A stretch of 63,002 bases of DNA, filler included, from Octopus bimaculoides (taxonomy: Eukaryota): NCBI RefSeq assembly GCF_001194135.2. It is 7 parts of 6 records of this genome, joined end to end, with 100 filler letters (N's around TTAATTAATTAA, not from the genome) between each part and the next. Parts side by side here need not be neighbours in the genome. Positions count along the whole stretch, not along the records: positions 59,440 to 63,002 come from NC_068991.1; 6 more parts are not named here. One strand, given 5' to 3'. Made by a program: the position numbers and the translations under genes. Below, one piece after another: positions 62,359 through 63,002 of the stretch. The notes below the pieces were generated by a model that was not told the origin of the DNA, did not search any database, and worked only from the letters and a program-made list of their open reading frames with translations. Within the stretch, counting starts at the first letter, position 1, and the number at the start of each line of letters is the position of its first letter.

Positions 62359-63002
62359 CATATATGTACATACATGTATATATGTATGTTTGTATGTATA
62401 TGTGTGTGTGTGTGTGCGTGTGTGTGCGTGTATTTATACACATACATATATACATATATATATTGATTGTTTTTATGTTCAGTTATGGTAAAAGCAATTT
62501 TACATTAATCTGAAGGATTACTTCGTACTTTTGTAGAGTAAAAATTTATTATTCTTCAACAAGAACAGTATTGACAGTAACTTTGGAGTTTTTGCCAGCT
62601 AAGCCATCATTGGACGATGATGGGTTATCTATTTACGTTAATATCATTTTTCATAATAATATTATTAATCTAATAACAATTTGATTCGGCTTCATGCAAA
62701 TTAAAGTTCTGTGCTGTCATCAATCGAAGCTTTCTCGTCGGTTACCGAAGACTGACGCGCCGGGTGGGGTTTACGGGTACACGAAACTTGAAGCTGCGTG
62801 CAACCGAATGAAACTGTTATTAAATTATGTATGTATGAATGTATGTATGTATGTACGTACGTACGTGTGTACGTATGTGAGTTTGTATGTATGTATGTGT
62901 GTGTGTATATGGGACTGAGACCGAAACCATGTGATTGATTTTTGCCTACACATCCCCACCTATATGTGTGTGTGGGTGAGTGTTTATAATATATATATAT
63001 AT

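Overview
Repeat-dominated, gapped animal genomic DNA. About 30 N-gaps occur, six of them with an artificial TTAATTAATTAA linker, and microsatellites are dense ((TA)n, (CA)n, (GA)n, (AAT)n, (GAT)n). The SINE repertoire and assembly style suggest an Octopus genome (inference). No intact host protein-coding gene, rRNA or CRISPR array can be supported; nearly all listed ORFs are microsatellite or N read-throughs. Recognisable content: (1) more than 35 SINE copies in about 4 families, including a bipartite CORE-like SINE with an internal microsatellite and a dense inverted cluster at 35.9-38.3 kb. (2) Five fragments of Dong/R4-type RLE LINEs, mostly beside (AAT)n, plus RTE and L1/Tx1-type remnants. 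(3) A full-length decayed mariner with a SINE nested next to one TIR, plus several MITEs. (4) Rolling-circle elements: a Helitron PIF1 helicase C-terminus fused to a fold-back 21-bp satellite and a TTCCTGGAA-rich array, and a complete DINE-1/HINE-like non-autonomous Helentron. (5) Two tRNA-derived pseudogenes, initiator Met-like and Thr(CGT)-like. (6) A Penelope-type minimal hammerhead ribozyme motif at about 57.46 kb. Several unique islands rich in homeodomain-type motifs may be cis-regulatory. All calls come from reading the sequence; no database search or folding program was run.
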